A DNA stretch of 64,000 bases, taken from assembly GCF_056746865.1 (NCBI RefSeq), contig NZ_CM163382.1; one strand, given 5' to 3'. A model generated the notes under the pieces. The model saw only the letters and a program-made list of their open reading frames with translations, searched no databases and had not been told where the DNA came from. The position numbers and the translations under genes are program-made. How positions within the stretch are numbered: position 1 is the stretch's first letter; every line of letters begins with the position of its first letter. This document shows positions 13,403-24,869 of the stretch, piece by piece.

Positions 13403-14229
13403 CAGTAGCCTTCTGAAGCGGTATCAGGTTGGAAACGTGTGTCCGCCAGGCGATGCACCTCGGTGGTCAGCGTGCCATCAGCATGTAACTCGAGAGTACG
13501 CCAGCCGGGCGCGATGGTGTCCAGCGTAAAGTTGGAACAGTGCTGCTTAAACTGCACACAGGTCGACGGCGTTGCCAGCAGGCGGCGACCGTTCCAGTCG
13601 AGATCCAGCTCCTGATGAATATGACCGCACAGCAAGTATTTGACGTGCGGAAACTTCGCCAGCACGGTATCCAGTTCGCCCGCGTTACGCAGGCTGTGTT
13701 GATCAAGCCAACTACAACCCGCAGGTAGCGGATGATGATGTAGCAGCAGCAACGTATGGCGTTCTGGCGCATCGGCCAGTTTACGTTCCAGCCACTCAAG
13801 CTGAAACTCGCTCAGCTCACCGTGCGGCACGCCAAACACCTGGCTATCCAGCAACAGGATTTGCCATTGCTCACCAATAAACACCCGCTTCGCCGGGGAG
13901 ATACCCGCATCCTGTAACGCGCTGTACATCGCGGGCTGGAAATCGTGGTTGCCCGGCAGCCAGACGCAGGGCGCACGAAAACTTGCGATGCCTTCAGCGA
14001 AATGCTGATAGGCCGCAGAGGATTGATCCTGCGCTAAATCACCTGTCGCGACAATCAGGTCGAATTCGTGCTGGTGTGGCCGAATCGCCTCCAGCACCGC
14101 CTGGTAGCTTTCCCAGGTGTTTACCCCCAACAGGGCTTCGTGCTTTTGCGCAAACAGGTGAGTGTCGGTAATTTGTAAAATCCTGACTCTGGCCTCACCA
14201 GCCAGAGGAAGGGTTAACAGGCTTTCCAA
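13402..14229 (-). CDS. cpdA: 3',5'-cyclic AMP phosphodiesterase
   Basis: 275 aa; metallophosphoesterase motifs (DTH, GDL, GNHD). Confidence 0.9.
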   Translation of the reverse strand: MESLLTLPLAGEARVRILQITDTHLFAQKHEALLGVNTWESYQAVLEAIRPHQHEFDLIVATGDLAQDQSSAAYQHFAEGIASFRAPCVWLPGNHDFQPAMYSALQDAGISPAKRVFIGEQWQILLLDSQVFGVPHGELSEFQLEWLERKLADAPERHTLLLLHHHPLPAGCSWLDQHSLRNAGELDTVLAKFPHVKYLLCGHIHQELDLDWNGRRLLATPSTCVQFKQHCSNFTLDTIAPGWRTLELHADGTLTTEVHRLADTRFQPDTASEGY

Positions 14230-14253
14230 ATGGTGTCCTTAGGTTTCACGACG

Positions 14254-14676
14254 CTAATAAACCGGAATCGCCATCGCTCCATGTGCTAAACAGTATCGCA
14301 ACCAGTCCGCTAAAAACTGATTAATTTGATGCTTTTCGTCGCGTTGATGCAACTTTTTATTAGGATAATCATACCGCGCTTTGAAGCGAAAAATCTGCTG
14401 GCTTGAACACACTTCAGCCACCATCGCGTCATGATACAGACGCACCGTCATTGACGGAAGGCTCCAGTAACTGATCGCGGGCGCAGTCTGTTCTATTGTC
14501 ACCAGGGTAGTGTATCGGGTCGATTCCACAATCGTCAGCCGATATTGTGCGTTTGCCACCTGATAGCTTACAGTTTCGCCGGGTGCGTCATTGCGCGGTA
14601 ACAAACGGCGCAATTGTGAAAAGTTCATCTCGCACAGGCGCATCATTTCAGGAAAGTCAGGTGTGTAACGCTTCAT
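14254..14676 (-). CDS. yqiB: DUF1249 protein YqiB
   Basis: 140 aa ORF in nudF-yqiB-cpdA-yqiA operon arrangement. Confidence 0.8.
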
Positions 14677-15306
14677 TTATGCCCACTCATTTTTTAACGC
14701 TTGATGATGCAGCTGCAGCCATTGCAAAGCGATGACCGACGCTGCGTTGTCGATTTTCCCCTCTTCTACCCACTGGTATGCCTGTTCCCGGCTTACCACA
14801 TGAACGCGAATATCTTCGTTTTCATCAGCCAGACCGTGAATACCGCTTGCGGTCGTGGCGTCCACTTCGCCCACCATAATTGACGAACGCTCACTGGTGC
14901 CCCCCGGGCTTGCCAGGAAACTTAACACCGGTTTGGTCCGTTTGACTATCAGTCCCGCCTCTTCAATCGCTTCGCGACGGGCAACATCTTCCACACTTTC
15001 ACCCTCTTCAATCATCCCGGCAACCATCTCCAGTAGCCAGGGGGTTTCGCTGGTGTCGTACGCGGCAATCCGAATCTGCTCAATCAGCACAACTTCATCA
15101 CGCACTGGGTCAAAGGGTAGCAAGACTGCGGCGTGACCGCGCTCAAAAATTTCCCGCCGTACCTCATGACTCATTTGCCCGTTGAATAGACGATGACGAA
15201 ATCTATAAAGATCTAATGAAAAAAAGCCGCGATAAAGTGTTTCTCGTGCAATAATTTCTACATCGTTTTTGCCAAATGTAACGGGCAGGTTGTCTGGCTT
15301 AAGCAT
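14677..15306 (-). CDS. nudF: ADP-ribose pyrophosphatase (Nudix)
   Basis: 209 aa; Nudix box [23 protein letters not shown]. Confidence 0.9.
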
Positions 15307-15407
15307 TGTTAATGTCCTGGCACTAATAGTGAATTAAATGTGAATTTCAGCGACGTTTGACTGCCGTTTGAGCAGTCATGTGTTAAATTGAGGCACATTA
15401 ACGCCCT

Positions 15408-15426
15408 ATGGCACGTAACGCCAACC
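15408..15426. promoter_or_regulatory. Candidate mar/sox/rob box in tolC promoter
   Basis: ATGGCACGTAACGCCAACC about 85 bp upstream of tolC ATG; resembles the marbox consensus (GCAC...AAA-type); identification from memory, not computed. Confidence 0.4.
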
Positions 15427-15510
15427 TTTTGCGGTAGCGGCTTCTGCTAGAATCCGCAATAATTTTACAGTTTGATCGCGCTAAATACTGCTTCACCACA
15501 AGGAATGCAA

Positions 15511-16992
15511 ATGAAGAAATTGCTCCCCATTCTTATCGGCCTGAGCCTTTCTGGGTTCAGTTCGTTGAGCCAGGCCGAGAACCTGATGCAAGTTTATCAG
15601 CAAGCACGCCTTAGTAACCCGGAATTGCGTAAGTCTGCCGCCGATCGTGATGCTGCCTTTGAAAAAATTAATGAAGCGCGCAGTCCATTACTGCCACAGC
15701 TAGGTTTAGGTGCAGATTACACCTATAGCAACGGCTACCGCGACGCGAACGGCATCAACTCTAACGCGACCAGTGCGTCCTTGCAGTTAACTCAATCCAT
15801 TTTTGATATGTCGAAATGGCGTGCGTTAACGCTGCAGGAAAAAGCAGCTGGGATTCAGGACGTCACGTATCAGACCGATCAACAAACCTTGATCCTCAAC
15901 ACCGCGACCGCTTATTTCAACGTGTTGAATGCTATTGACGTTCTTTCCTATACACAGGCGCAAAAAGAAGCGATCTACCGTCAATTAGATCAAACCACCC
16001 AACGTTTTAACGTGGGCCTGGTAGCGATCACTGACGTGCAGAACGCCCGCGCACAGTACGATACCGTGCTGGCGAACGAAGTGACCGCACGTAATAACCT
16101 TGATAACGCGGTAGAGCAGCTGCGCCAGATCACCGGTAACTACTATCCGGAACTGGCGGCGCTGAATGTCGAAAACTTTAAAACCGACAAACCACAGCCG
16201 GTTAACACGCTGCTGAAAGAAGCCGAAAAACGCAACCTGTCGTTGTTACAGGCGCGCTTGAGCCAGGACCTGGCACGCGAGCAAATTCGCCAGGCGCAGG
16301 ATGGTCACTTACCGACTCTGGATTTAACGGCTTCTACCGGGATTTCTGACACCTCATATAGCGGTTCGAAAACCCGAGGTGCCGCTGGTACCCAGTATGA
16401 CGATAGCAATATGGGCCAGAACAAAGTTGGCCTGAGCTTCTCGCTGCCGATTTATCAGGGCGGAATGGTTAACTCGCAGGTGAAACAGGCCCAGTACAAC
16501 TTTGTTGGTGCCAGCGAGCAACTGGAAAGCGCGCATCGTAGCGTCGTACAAACCGTACGTTCCTCCTTCAACAACATTAATGCTTCTATCAGTAGCATTA
16601 ACGCCTACAAACAAGCCGTAGTTTCCGCTCAAAGCTCATTAGACGCGATGGAGGCGGGCTACTCGGTCGGTACGCGTACCATTGTTGATGTGTTGGATGC
16701 GACCACCACGTTGTACAACGCCAAGCAAGAGCTGGCGAATGCGCGTTATAACTACCTGATTAATCAGCTGAATATTAAGTCAGCTCTGGGTACGTTGAAC
16801 GAGCAGGATCTGCTGGCACTGAACAATGCGCTGAGCAAACCGGTTTCCACTAATCCGGAAAACGTTGCCCCGCAAACGCCGGAACAGAATGCTATTGCTG
16901 ATGGTTATGCGCCTGATAGCCCGGCACCCGTCGTTCAGCAAACATCCGCACGCACTACCACCAGTAACGGTCATAACCCTTTCCGTAACTGA
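15511..16992 (+). CDS. tolC: Outer membrane channel TolC
   Basis: ORF trimmed to MKKLLPILIGLSLSGFSSLSQA signal peptide; 493 aa; unmistakable TolC sequence. Confidence 0.95.
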   Translation: MKKLLPILIGLSLSGFSSLSQAENLMQVYQQARLSNPELRKSAADRDAAFEKINEARSPLLPQLGLGADYTYSNGYRDANGINSNATSASLQLTQSIFDMSKWRALTLQEKAAGIQDVTYQTDQQTLILNTATAYFNVLNAIDVLSYTQAQKEAIYRQLDQTTQRFNVGLVAITDVQNARAQYDTVLANEVTARNNLDNAVEQLRQITGNYYPELAALNVENFKTDKPQPVNTLLKEAEKRNLSLLQARLSQDLAREQIRQAQDGHLPTLDLTASTGISDTSYSGSKTRGAAGTQYDDSNMGQNKVGLSFSLPIYQGGMVNSQVKQAQYNFVGASEQLESAHRSVVQTVRSSFNNINASISSINAYKQAVVSAQSSLDAMEAGYSVGTRTIVDVLDATTTLYNAKQELANARYNYLINQLNIKSALGTLNEQDLLALNNALSKPVSTNPENVAPQTPEQNAIADGYAPDSPAPVVQQTSARTTTSNGHNPFRN

Positions 16993-17139
16993 TGACGACG
17001 ACGGGGCTTCGGCCCCGTCTAAACGTAAGGCAACGTAAAGATACGGGTTATCTGCCGCATTCTTCCCCCTTCTCGCTTCAATTTCGACCAGCCATCCTCT
17101 ATTCTGATGGGTATTTACCACTGGTCCCGGAAGACAAAA

Positions 17140-17811
17140 ATGAAACGGACAAAATCCATACGCCACGCATCGTTCCGCAAAAACTGGAGCGCACGCCATC
17201 TGACACCAGTCGCTCTCGCGGTTGCCACTGTTTTTATGCTGGCTGGCTGTGAAAAGAGTGATGAAACAGTGTCTCTCTATCAAAATGCTGACGACTGTTC
17301 AGCTGCAAACCCAGGCAAAAGCGCCGAATGTACCACCGCGTACAACAATGCGCTGAAAGAAGCCGAACGTACTGCGCCGAAATACGCCACCCGTGAAGAC
17401 TGTGTTGCTGAATTTGGTGAAGGTCAGTGCCAGCAGGCACCAGCCCAGGCTGGTATGGCACCAGAAAACCAGGCGCAGGCCCAGCAATCCAGCGGAAGTT
17501 TCTGGATGCCGCTGATGGCCGGTTACATGATGGGGCGTCTGATGGGCGGCGGCGCGGGATTTGCACAGCAGCCGCTGTTCTCCTCGAAAAACCCAGCCAG
17601 CCCGGCTTACGGTAAATATACCGACGCGACGGGTAAAAACTATGGCGCAGCGCAGCCAGGCCGCACCATGACCGTACCGAAGACGGCAATGGCACCAAAA
17701 CCGGCGACCACCACCACCGTTACTCGTGGCGGTTTTGGTGAATCTGTTGCCAAACAAAGCACTATGCAGCGTAGCGCAACCGGCACCTCTTCTCGTTCAA
17801 TGGGTGGCTGA
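17140..17811 (+). CDS. ygiB: DUF1190 lipoprotein-like protein YgiB
   Basis: ORF trimmed to [16 protein letters not shown]...; 223 aa; downstream of tolC. Confidence 0.8.
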
Positions 17812-17816
17812 TACCG

Positions 17817-18977
17817 ATGGAAAGAGTCAGTATTACCGAGCGCCCGGACTGGCGCGAAAAAGCCCACGAATACGGTTTCAATTTTCACACCATGTACGGC
17901 GAACCGTACTGGTGTGAAGATGCTTACTACAAGTTGACCCTCGCCCAGGTTGAAAAGCTGGAAGAAGTCACCGCCGAACTGCACCAGATGTGCCTGAAAG
18001 TGGTTGAAAAAGTGATCGCCAGCGATGAGCTGATGACCAAATTCCGCATTCCAAAACACACCTGGAGTTTTGTGCGCCAGTCATGGCTGACTCACCAGCC
18101 ATCGCTTTATTCGCGTCTTGATCTGGCGTGGGATGGTACTGGCGAACCTAAACTTCTGGAAAATAACGCCGATACGCCAACGTCACTGTATGAAGCCGCA
18201 TTCTTTCAGTGGATCTGGCTGGAAGATCAGCTTAACGCCGGTAACCTGCCGGAAGGCAGCGACCAGTTTAACAGTCTGCAAGAAAAGCTAATCGATCGCT
18301 TTGTCGAGTTGCGTGAACAGTATGGCTTCCAGTTGCTGCATCTCACCTGCTGTCGCGACACGGTGGAAGATCGCGGAACCATTCAGTATTTGCAGGACTG
18401 CGCGACAGAAGCTGAAATCGCTACTGAATTCCTCTACATCGACGATATCGGTTTAGGCGAAAAAGGTCAGTTCACGGATTTACAAGATCAGGTGATTTCT
18501 AACCTGTTCAAGCTGTATCCGTGGGAATTTATGCTGCGTGAGATGTTCTCCACCAAGCTGGAGGATGCAGGCGTACGCTGGCTGGAACCGGCGTGGAAGA
18601 GCATTATCTCCAACAAAGCGCTTCTACCGCTGTTGTGGGAGATGTTCCCGAATCACCCGAACCTGCTGCCCGCTTATTTTGCGGAAGATGATCATCCGCA
18701 AATGGAAAAATATGTGGTTAAACCGATCTTCTCCCGTGAAGGCGCAAACGTGTCGATCATTGAGAACGGCAAAACCATTGAAGCAGCGGAAGGTCCGTAT
18801 GGCGAAGAAGGGATGATTGTTCAGCAATTCCACCCGTTACCGAAATTCGGCGACAGCTATATGCTGATTGGTAGCTGGCTGGTTAACGATCAACCTGCCG
18901 GAATTGGCATTCGTGAAGACCGTGCATTGATCACCCAGGATATGTCTCGGTTTTATCCGCATATTTTTGTTGAGTAA
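17817..18977 (+). CDS. ygiC: Glutathionylspermidine synthase-like ATP-grasp protein YgiC
   Basis: 386 aa; [32 protein letters not shown]. Confidence 0.85.
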
Positions 18978-19461
18978 TACTGTTCAATATTGCCCCGTTT
19001 ACCGGGGCAATTTATTATACTTCGCAAATCATCACCCCCATCTATATATAATCAATCACATCCATCACTTTTATTTAACATTAATTCCTAATTTAATATT
19101 AAATCGTCATATGTAAGCGATACTGTAATTAAATTAATCAATAAAATCACTTGGTAACCTATTGTTTTATGAGTTTATTTATATCCAACACCGCATCAAA
19201 AATAGATTTAATAATTAAAAAACAATGTCGCTGGGATCACACTACACAATATTGAATATTGTTATTGATATATTGCCCACCTAGTATCGACCAAAAGAAA
19301 ATATTTGTTACAGAGAAATACAAAAATTCTAAAACCAGTAAAAAATATTCATAACGATTATTATTAATACATTTTAATTCACAAAACAAATTTATTAGCA
19401 CCACCTCAACAGTCGATATTCATCATTATTATATATTTGCGTTATATAAGGAGATATATCC

Positions 19462-21258
19462 ATGTTTGATAAATATAGAAAAACTCTGGTAGCCGGAGCT
19501 GTGGCGATAACTCTGGGTTTGTCAGCACCGGGGGTGATGGCAGCAGGTTTTAAACCCGCACCACCTGCCGGGCAACTGGGTGCAGTCATTGTCGATCCCT
19601 ACGGCAATGCACCACTGACCGCTTTGGTTGACTTAGATAGCCATGTCATTTCTGATGTCAAAGTTACCGTCCATGGGAAGGGCGAAAAAGGCGTAGAAAT
19701 CAGCTATCCCGTGGGTCAGGAATCACTAAAAACTTATGATGGTGTACCGATTTTTGGTCTTTATCAGAAATTTGCTAACAAAGTGACCGTTGAGTGGAAA
19801 GAAAACGGCAAGGTCATGAAAGATGATTATGTGGTGCACACTTCGGCCATCGTCAATAATTACATGGATAACCGCTCTATCTCCGATTTACAACAGACCA
19901 AAGTTATTAAAGTCGCACCGGGTTTTGAAGATCGCCTCTATCTGGTTAATACCCACACCTTTACCGCCCAAGGTTCCGATCTCCACTGGCATGGTGAGAA
20001 AGATAAAAATGCCGGTATCCTTGATGCGGGTCCGGCAACCGGCGCACTACCTTTTGATATCGCGCCCTTTACTTTCATTGTCGATACCGAAGGTGAATAC
20101 CGCTGGTGGCTGGATCAAGACACTTTCTACGATGGTCGTGACCGCGATATCAACAAGCGTGGTTATCTGATGGGTATCCGCGAAACACCACGCGGCACCT
20201 TTACCGCTGTACAAGGTCAGCACTGGTACGAGTTCGACATGATGGGGCAGGTGCTCGAAGATCACAAACTACCGCGCGGATTTGCTGACGCCACTCATGA
20301 GTCCATTGAGACGCCTAATGGCACAGTATTGTTGCGCGTAGGTAAGAGCAATTACCGTCGCGATGACGGCGTACACGTCACCACCATTCGTGACCATATC
20401 CTCGAAGTCGATAAATCTGGTCGCGTTGTCGATGTATGGGATCTGACCAAGATCCTCGATCCGAAACGCGATGCACTGCTCGGCGCGCTGGATGCAGGTG
20501 CAGTTTGCGTTAACGTTGACCTTGCCCATGCAGGACAACAGGCAAAACTGGAACCGGATACACCGTTCGGCGACGCGCTGGGTGTAGGGCCAGGTCGTAA
20601 CTGGGCGCACGTTAACTCAATCGCCTATGACGCAAAAGATGACTCAATCATCCTCTCCTCTCGCCACCAGGGTGTTGTGAAAATTGGTCGTGATAAGCAA
20701 GTGAAATGGATCCTTGCGCCCTCTAAAGGTTGGGAAAAACCGCTGGCCAGCAAGCTGCTGAAACCGGTTGATGCTAACGGTAAGCCAATTACCTGTAACG
20801 AAAATGGCCTGTGCGAAAACTCAGACTTCGACTTTACCTACACCCAGCATACCGCCTGGATTTCCAGCAAAGGAACGCTCACCATTTTTGATAATGGCGA
20901 TGGGCGTCATCTGGAACAACCTGCCTTACCAACCATGAAATACTCCCGCTTTGTGGAATATAAGATTGATGAGAAGAAAGGCACCGTTCAGCAAGTGTGG
21001 GAATACGGTAAAGAACGTGGCTACGATTTCTATAGCCCGATTACCTCCATCATTGAATATCAAGCCGACCGTAACACCATGTTTGGCTTCGGTGGTTCTA
21101 TTCATTTGTTCGATGTCGGGCAGCCAACCGTCGGTAAGTTGAACGAAATCGATTACAAAACCAAAGAAGTGAAAGTGGAAATCGACGTGCTGTCAGATAA
21201 ACCCAATCAGACTCACTATCGTGCACTGTTAGTCCGTCCACAACAGATGTTCAAATAA
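19462..21258 (+). CDS. assT: Arylsulfate sulfotransferase (periplasmic, signal peptide)
   Basis: 598 aa; signal peptide MFDKYRKTLVAGAVAITLGLSAPGVMA; family recognised from translation; followed by dedicated DsbL/DsbI genes. Confidence 0.85.
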   Translation: MFDKYRKTLVAGAVAITLGLSAPGVMAAGFKPAPPAGQLGAVIVDPYGNAPLTALVDLDSHVISDVKVTVHGKGEKGVEISYPVGQESLKTYDGVPIFGLYQKFANKVTVEWKENGKVMKDDYVVHTSAIVNNYMDNRSISDLQQTKVIKVAPGFEDRLYLVNTHTFTAQGSDLHWHGEKDKNAGILDAGPATGALPFDIAPFTFIVDTEGEYRWWLDQDTFYDGRDRDINKRGYLMGIRETPRGTFTAVQGQHWYEFDMMGQVLEDHKLPRGFADATHESIETPNGTVLLRVGKSNYRRDDGVHVTTIRDHILEVDKSGRVVDVWDLTKILDPKRDALLGALDAGAVCVNVDLAHAGQQAKLEPDTPFGDALGVGPGRNWAHVNSIAYDAKDDSIILSSRHQGVVKIGRDKQVKWILAPSKGWEKPLASKLLKPVDANGKPITCNENGLCENSDFDFTYTQHTAWISSKGTLTIFDNGDGRHLEQPALPTMKYSRFVEYKIDEKKGTVQQVWEYGKERGYDFYSPITSIIEYQADRNTMFGFGGSIHLFDVGQPTVGKLNEIDYKTKEVKVEIDVLSDKPNQTHYRALLVRPQQMFK

Positions 21259-21275
21259 TTAAGAAGGGAATAAAA

Positions 21276-21944
21276 ATGTCGAAATTAGGGATCTCATCAC
21301 TATTTAAAACCATACTGCTTACCGCAGCTTTGGCTGTTTCATTTACCGCTTCTGCATTTACCGAAGGCACGGATTACATGGTTCTGGAAAAACCTATTCC
21401 GAATGCCGACAAAACGCTGATTAAGGTATTTAGCTACGCCTGCCCGTTCTGTTACAAGTACGACAAAGCGGTTACCGGTCCGGTATCGGAAAAAGTGAAA
21501 GATATCGTTGCTTTTACTCCATTCCATCTGGAAACAAAAGGTGAATACGGCAAACAAGCAAGCGAAGTCTTTGCGGTCTTGATCAATAAAGATAAAGCAG
21601 CAGGTATTTCATTATTTGATGCTAACTCTCAGTTTAAGAAAGCCAAGTTTGCTTATTACGCGGCTTATCATGACAAAAAAGAACGCTGGTCTGATGGTAA
21701 AGATCCGGCTGCCTTTATCAAAACCGGACTGGACGCCGCAGGTATGAGTCAGGCCGATTTTGAAGCCGCGCTGAAAGAGCCTGCAGTTCAGGAAACGCTG
21801 GAAAAATGGAAAGCCTCTTATGAAGTTGCAAAAATCCAGGGCGTTCCGGCGTATGTCGTCAATGGTAAATACCTGATCTACACCAAGAGTATTAAATCTA
21901 TTGACTCAATGGCAGACCTTATCCGCGAGTTAGCAAGCAAATAA
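21276..21944 (+). CDS. dsbL: Periplasmic thiol:disulfide oxidoreductase DsbL (DsbA paralogue)
   Basis: 222 aa; signal peptide and CPFC active-site motif ([14 protein letters not shown]). Confidence 0.8.
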   Translation: MSKLGISSLFKTILLTAALAVSFTASAFTEGTDYMVLEKPIPNADKTLIKVFSYACPFCYKYDKAVTGPVSEKVKDIVAFTPFHLETKGEYGKQASEVFAVLINKDKAAGISLFDANSQFKKAKFAYYAAYHDKKERWSDGKDPAAFIKTGLDAAGMSQADFEAALKEPAVQETLEKWKASYEVAKIQGVPAYVVNGKYLIYTKSIKSIDSMADLIRELASK

Positions 21945-21958
21945 CAGGGAAACAGGCT

Positions 21959-22630
21959 ATGGGTATTAAGGGAATGTGGAAAGACCTTCGCACTTCACCG
22001 GTGGACACGCTGGTAAGATGGCAAGAACAACGTTTTTTGTGGTTGTTAATGGCCATTGCGATGGGCGCGTTAATTATCCTGGCGCACTCTTTCTTCCAGA
22101 TCTATCTCTACATGGCACCCTGTGAGCAATGTGTATACATTCGCTACGCCATGTTTGTGATGGTTATTGGAGGATTGGTTGCAGCGATCAACCCAAAGAA
22201 CATCATCCTAAAGCTAATTGGCTGCGTGATGGCATTTTACGGCAGCATTTTGGGACTGAAGTTTTCGCTCAAACTGAACGATATCCACCATGCAGTACAT
22301 AATCCGGATCCCGATTCACTGTTTGGCGTACAGGGTTGCTCTACCGATCCAACTTTTCCCTTTAACCTGCCGCTGGCACAGTGGGCACCAAATTGGTTCA
22401 AGCCTACCGGGGATTGTGGCTATGACGCACCAATCGTTCCTGATGGCGTCACACTGAGCAGCACGCAACAGTGGTTTGTGGAAATGTATCAGCAATCTGA
22501 AGGCTGGTATCTGCTACCACCATGGCATTTTATGAATATGGCTCAGGCTTGTATGCTGGCTTTTGGTATGTGTCTGGTGCTGCTGGTCATTATGAGTGGC
22601 GCATGGGCGCTTAAAATCATCAGAGGCTAA
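21959..22630 (+). CDS. dsbI: Membrane disulfide oxidoreductase DsbI (DsbB paralogue)
   Basis: 223 aa polytopic membrane protein with paired cysteines (CEQC) immediately downstream of dsbL. Confidence 0.8.
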   Translation: MGIKGMWKDLRTSPVDTLVRWQEQRFLWLLMAIAMGALIILAHSFFQIYLYMAPCEQCVYIRYAMFVMVIGGLVAAINPKNIILKLIGCVMAFYGSILGLKFSLKLNDIHHAVHNPDPDSLFGVQGCSTDPTFPFNLPLAQWAPNWFKPTGDCGYDAPIVPDGVTLSSTQQWFVEMYQQSEGWYLLPPWHFMNMAQACMLAFGMCLVLLVIMSGAWALKIIRG

Positions 22631-22675
22631 CTCAGCAACACCCGAAGCCAGTCGTTCTGGCTTCGGGTTCTTTTA

Positions 22676-23464
22676 TTAACCTATCTGCACCGACAGCATA
22701 CTTAAACTGCCCATTTCTATACCATCGACCGGAATGGTAATTGGCTCCTGCCCATCCCACGCACCTAAGACATACAACAACGGCAGATAGTGCTCTGGCG
22801 TTGGATTCGATAACGCGCCACCTTCATGGTCGAGATAATTCACCAGAGGATGCTGCTCTACCGGCCCTTGCCACGTCAGATTCGCTTTCACATACTCATT
22901 AAACGACATCGCCCACGGATACGGTGAACTATCACCGTGCCACTTCACCGTACGCAGGTTATGCACCACGTTACCGCTGGCGACCAACATTATTCCTTCA
23001 TCCCGCAGCGCTGCCAGTTTGCGCCCCATTTCGAAATGCCAGGCGGCAGGTTTGCTACTGTCGATACTCAACTGCACCATCGGGATATCCGCTTGCGGAT
23101 ACATCTTAATCAGCACGCCCCACGAGCCGTGGTCAAAGCCCCAGGCTTCTTTATCCAGCGTCACCGGGACCGGCGCTAACAGCTCAACCAGATGCTGTGC
23201 CAGCGCAGGCGAACCCGGAGCAGGATAATGCGTGTCGTACAGCGCCTGCGGGAAGCCACCAAAGTCATGAATCGTGGGCGGCGTCTCCATCGCGGTCACT
23301 CCTGTTCCACGGGTAAACCAGTGAGCCGAAACCACCACAATCGCTTGCGGGCGTGGCAATGTCATCCCCAACTTCTGCCAGCTGCGGGTATACAAATTAT
23401 CTTCCAGCACGTTCATCGGACTACCGTGACCTAAAAACAATGCTGGCATACGTGTTGAAGACAT
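22676..23464 (-). CDS. ygiD: 4,5-DOPA dioxygenase extradiol-like protein YgiD
   Basis: ORF 22676..23491; start taken at second Met (MSSTRMPALFLGHGSP); alternative start at 23491. Confidence 0.8.
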   Translation of the reverse strand: MSSTRMPALFLGHGSPMNVLEDNLYTRSWQKLGMTLPRPQAIVVVSAHWFTRGTGVTAMETPPTIHDFGGFPQALYDTHYPAPGSPALAQHLVELLAPVPVTLDKEAWGFDHGSWGVLIKMYPQADIPMVQLSIDSSKPAAWHFEMGRKLAALRDEGIMLVASGNVVHNLRTVKWHGDSSPYPWAMSFNEYVKANLTWQGPVEQHPLVNYLDHEGGALSNPTPEHYLPLLYVLGAWDGQEPITIPVDGIEMGSLSMLSVQIG

Positions 23465-23606
23465 GATGATATCCTTAACTAAAGGTGTCATTTTGATATC
23501 CTCACAATACGCTTGTTCGGCGGAGTAAGAACCCGGATAACAATGATGATGATCATCAGTTATTTTGACGATCTGCCTGAAGGTGAAGATTTATAAGGAG
23601 TTGTCG

Positions 23607-24380
23607 ATGTCAGTACCTCTCATTCTGACCATACTGGCGGGGGCAGCCACGTTTATTGGCGCGTTTCTCGGCGTTCTCGGGCAAAAACCCTCGAACCGCT
23701 TACTGGCGTTTTCGCTAGGATTTGCGGCGGGGATCATGTTGCTCATCTCATTAATGGAAATGCTTCCTGCCGCACTAGCAGCTGAAGGAATGTCGCCTGT
23801 GTTGGGTTATGGAATGTTTATCTTCGGTCTGCTTGGCTATTTTGGCCTGGACCGCATGTTGCCACATGCGCATCCGCAGGATTTAATGCAAAAATCGGTG
23901 CAGCCGTTGCCAAAATCGATCAAGCGCACAGCCATTCTGCTCACTCTCGGCATCAGTCTGCATAACTTCCCGGAAGGGATTGCCACCTTTGTCACTGCGA
24001 GCAGCAACCTGGAGCTGGGCTTTGGCATCGCACTGGCCGTTGCGTTACACAATATTCCTGAAGGTCTGGCGGTTGCAGGCCCGGTTTACGCGGCAACGGG
24101 GTCTAAACGCACCGCGATTCTGTGGGCGGGGATTTCTGGACTGGCAGAAATTCTTGGTGGTGTGCTGGCGTGGTTAATCCTCGGTAGCATGATTTCCCCG
24201 GTGGTCATGGCGGCAATCATGGCGGCGGTTGCAGGAATTATGGTGGCGCTCTCGGTTGATGAATTAATGCCGCTCGCCAAAGAGATTGACCCTAATAATA
24301 ACCCCAGCTATGGCGTACTATGTGGAATGTCAGTGATGGGATTCAGTTTAGTGCTGCTACAAACGGCGGGAATTGGTTAA
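23607..24380 (+). CDS. zupT: Zinc transporter ZupT (ZIP family)
   Basis: ORF trimmed to [18 protein letters not shown] with upstream TAAGGAG RBS; 257 aa. Confidence 0.9.
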
Positions 24381-24389
24381 AAACAACAT

Positions 24390-24420
24390 CAGAAGTTGTC
24401 CAGCGCATGGACAACTTCTG
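24390..24420. terminator. Stem-loop between convergent zupT and small membrane ORF
   Basis: Inverted repeat CAGAAGTTGTCCA-GCGCA-TGGACAACTTCTG. Confidence 0.5.
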
Positions 24421-24437
24421 CCAGCTTCACGAAAGCC

Positions 24438-24608
24438 TTATTCTACCTTTTCGGCTGTCTCTTCTCTCGTACTGTTTAAGTATTTGTTCCGCGCTTCAAG
24501 CAGTGCGTCTCTGTCCTGGCGAAACGCCCGACAATAACGTTTCAAATGCAGGAAATAACCCACCACAACCAGAGCAATCAATACAATCCAGTACCAGGCG
24601 ATAAACAT
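24438..24608 (-). CDS. Small single-TM membrane protein (56 aa)
   Basis: ATG at 24608 preceded by AAGGGTAAAAGG RBS; MFIAWYWIVLIALVVVGYFL hydrophobic helix then charged tail; track ORF begins at an upstream TTG. Confidence 0.45.
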   Translation of the reverse strand: MFIAWYWIVLIALVVVGYFLHLKRYCRAFRQDRDALLEARNKYLNSTREETAEKVE

Positions 24609-24869
24609 CCTTTTACCCTTAATATTTAACAATACTAAACATTTAGCGCATAAATTTCACATATCCTTTTTCGGATATATTCATATGGTCGCATAATAAC
24701 GGAACAATTATATGATTTTGATCATAATGAAAAAGAATGCCTGATATTAATGAAATTTTCTCATAGAAAGAGAAGCGGAATTAACATCTTGCATAGCAGG
24801 GAAAAATAAAAACCGAAGCCTGCTACAACTTCGGTTTCTTGATTAAGGCAGTAAATTAAGCAGCGGTTT

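Noticed and set aside
17001-17018. GC-rich hairpin (ACGGGGCTTCGGCCCCGT) right after the tolC stop as a terminator
   Set aside because: No U-tract on either side; more likely a stabilising or attenuating stem-loop within the tolC-ygiBC transcript than an intrinsic terminator, so not listed as a feature.
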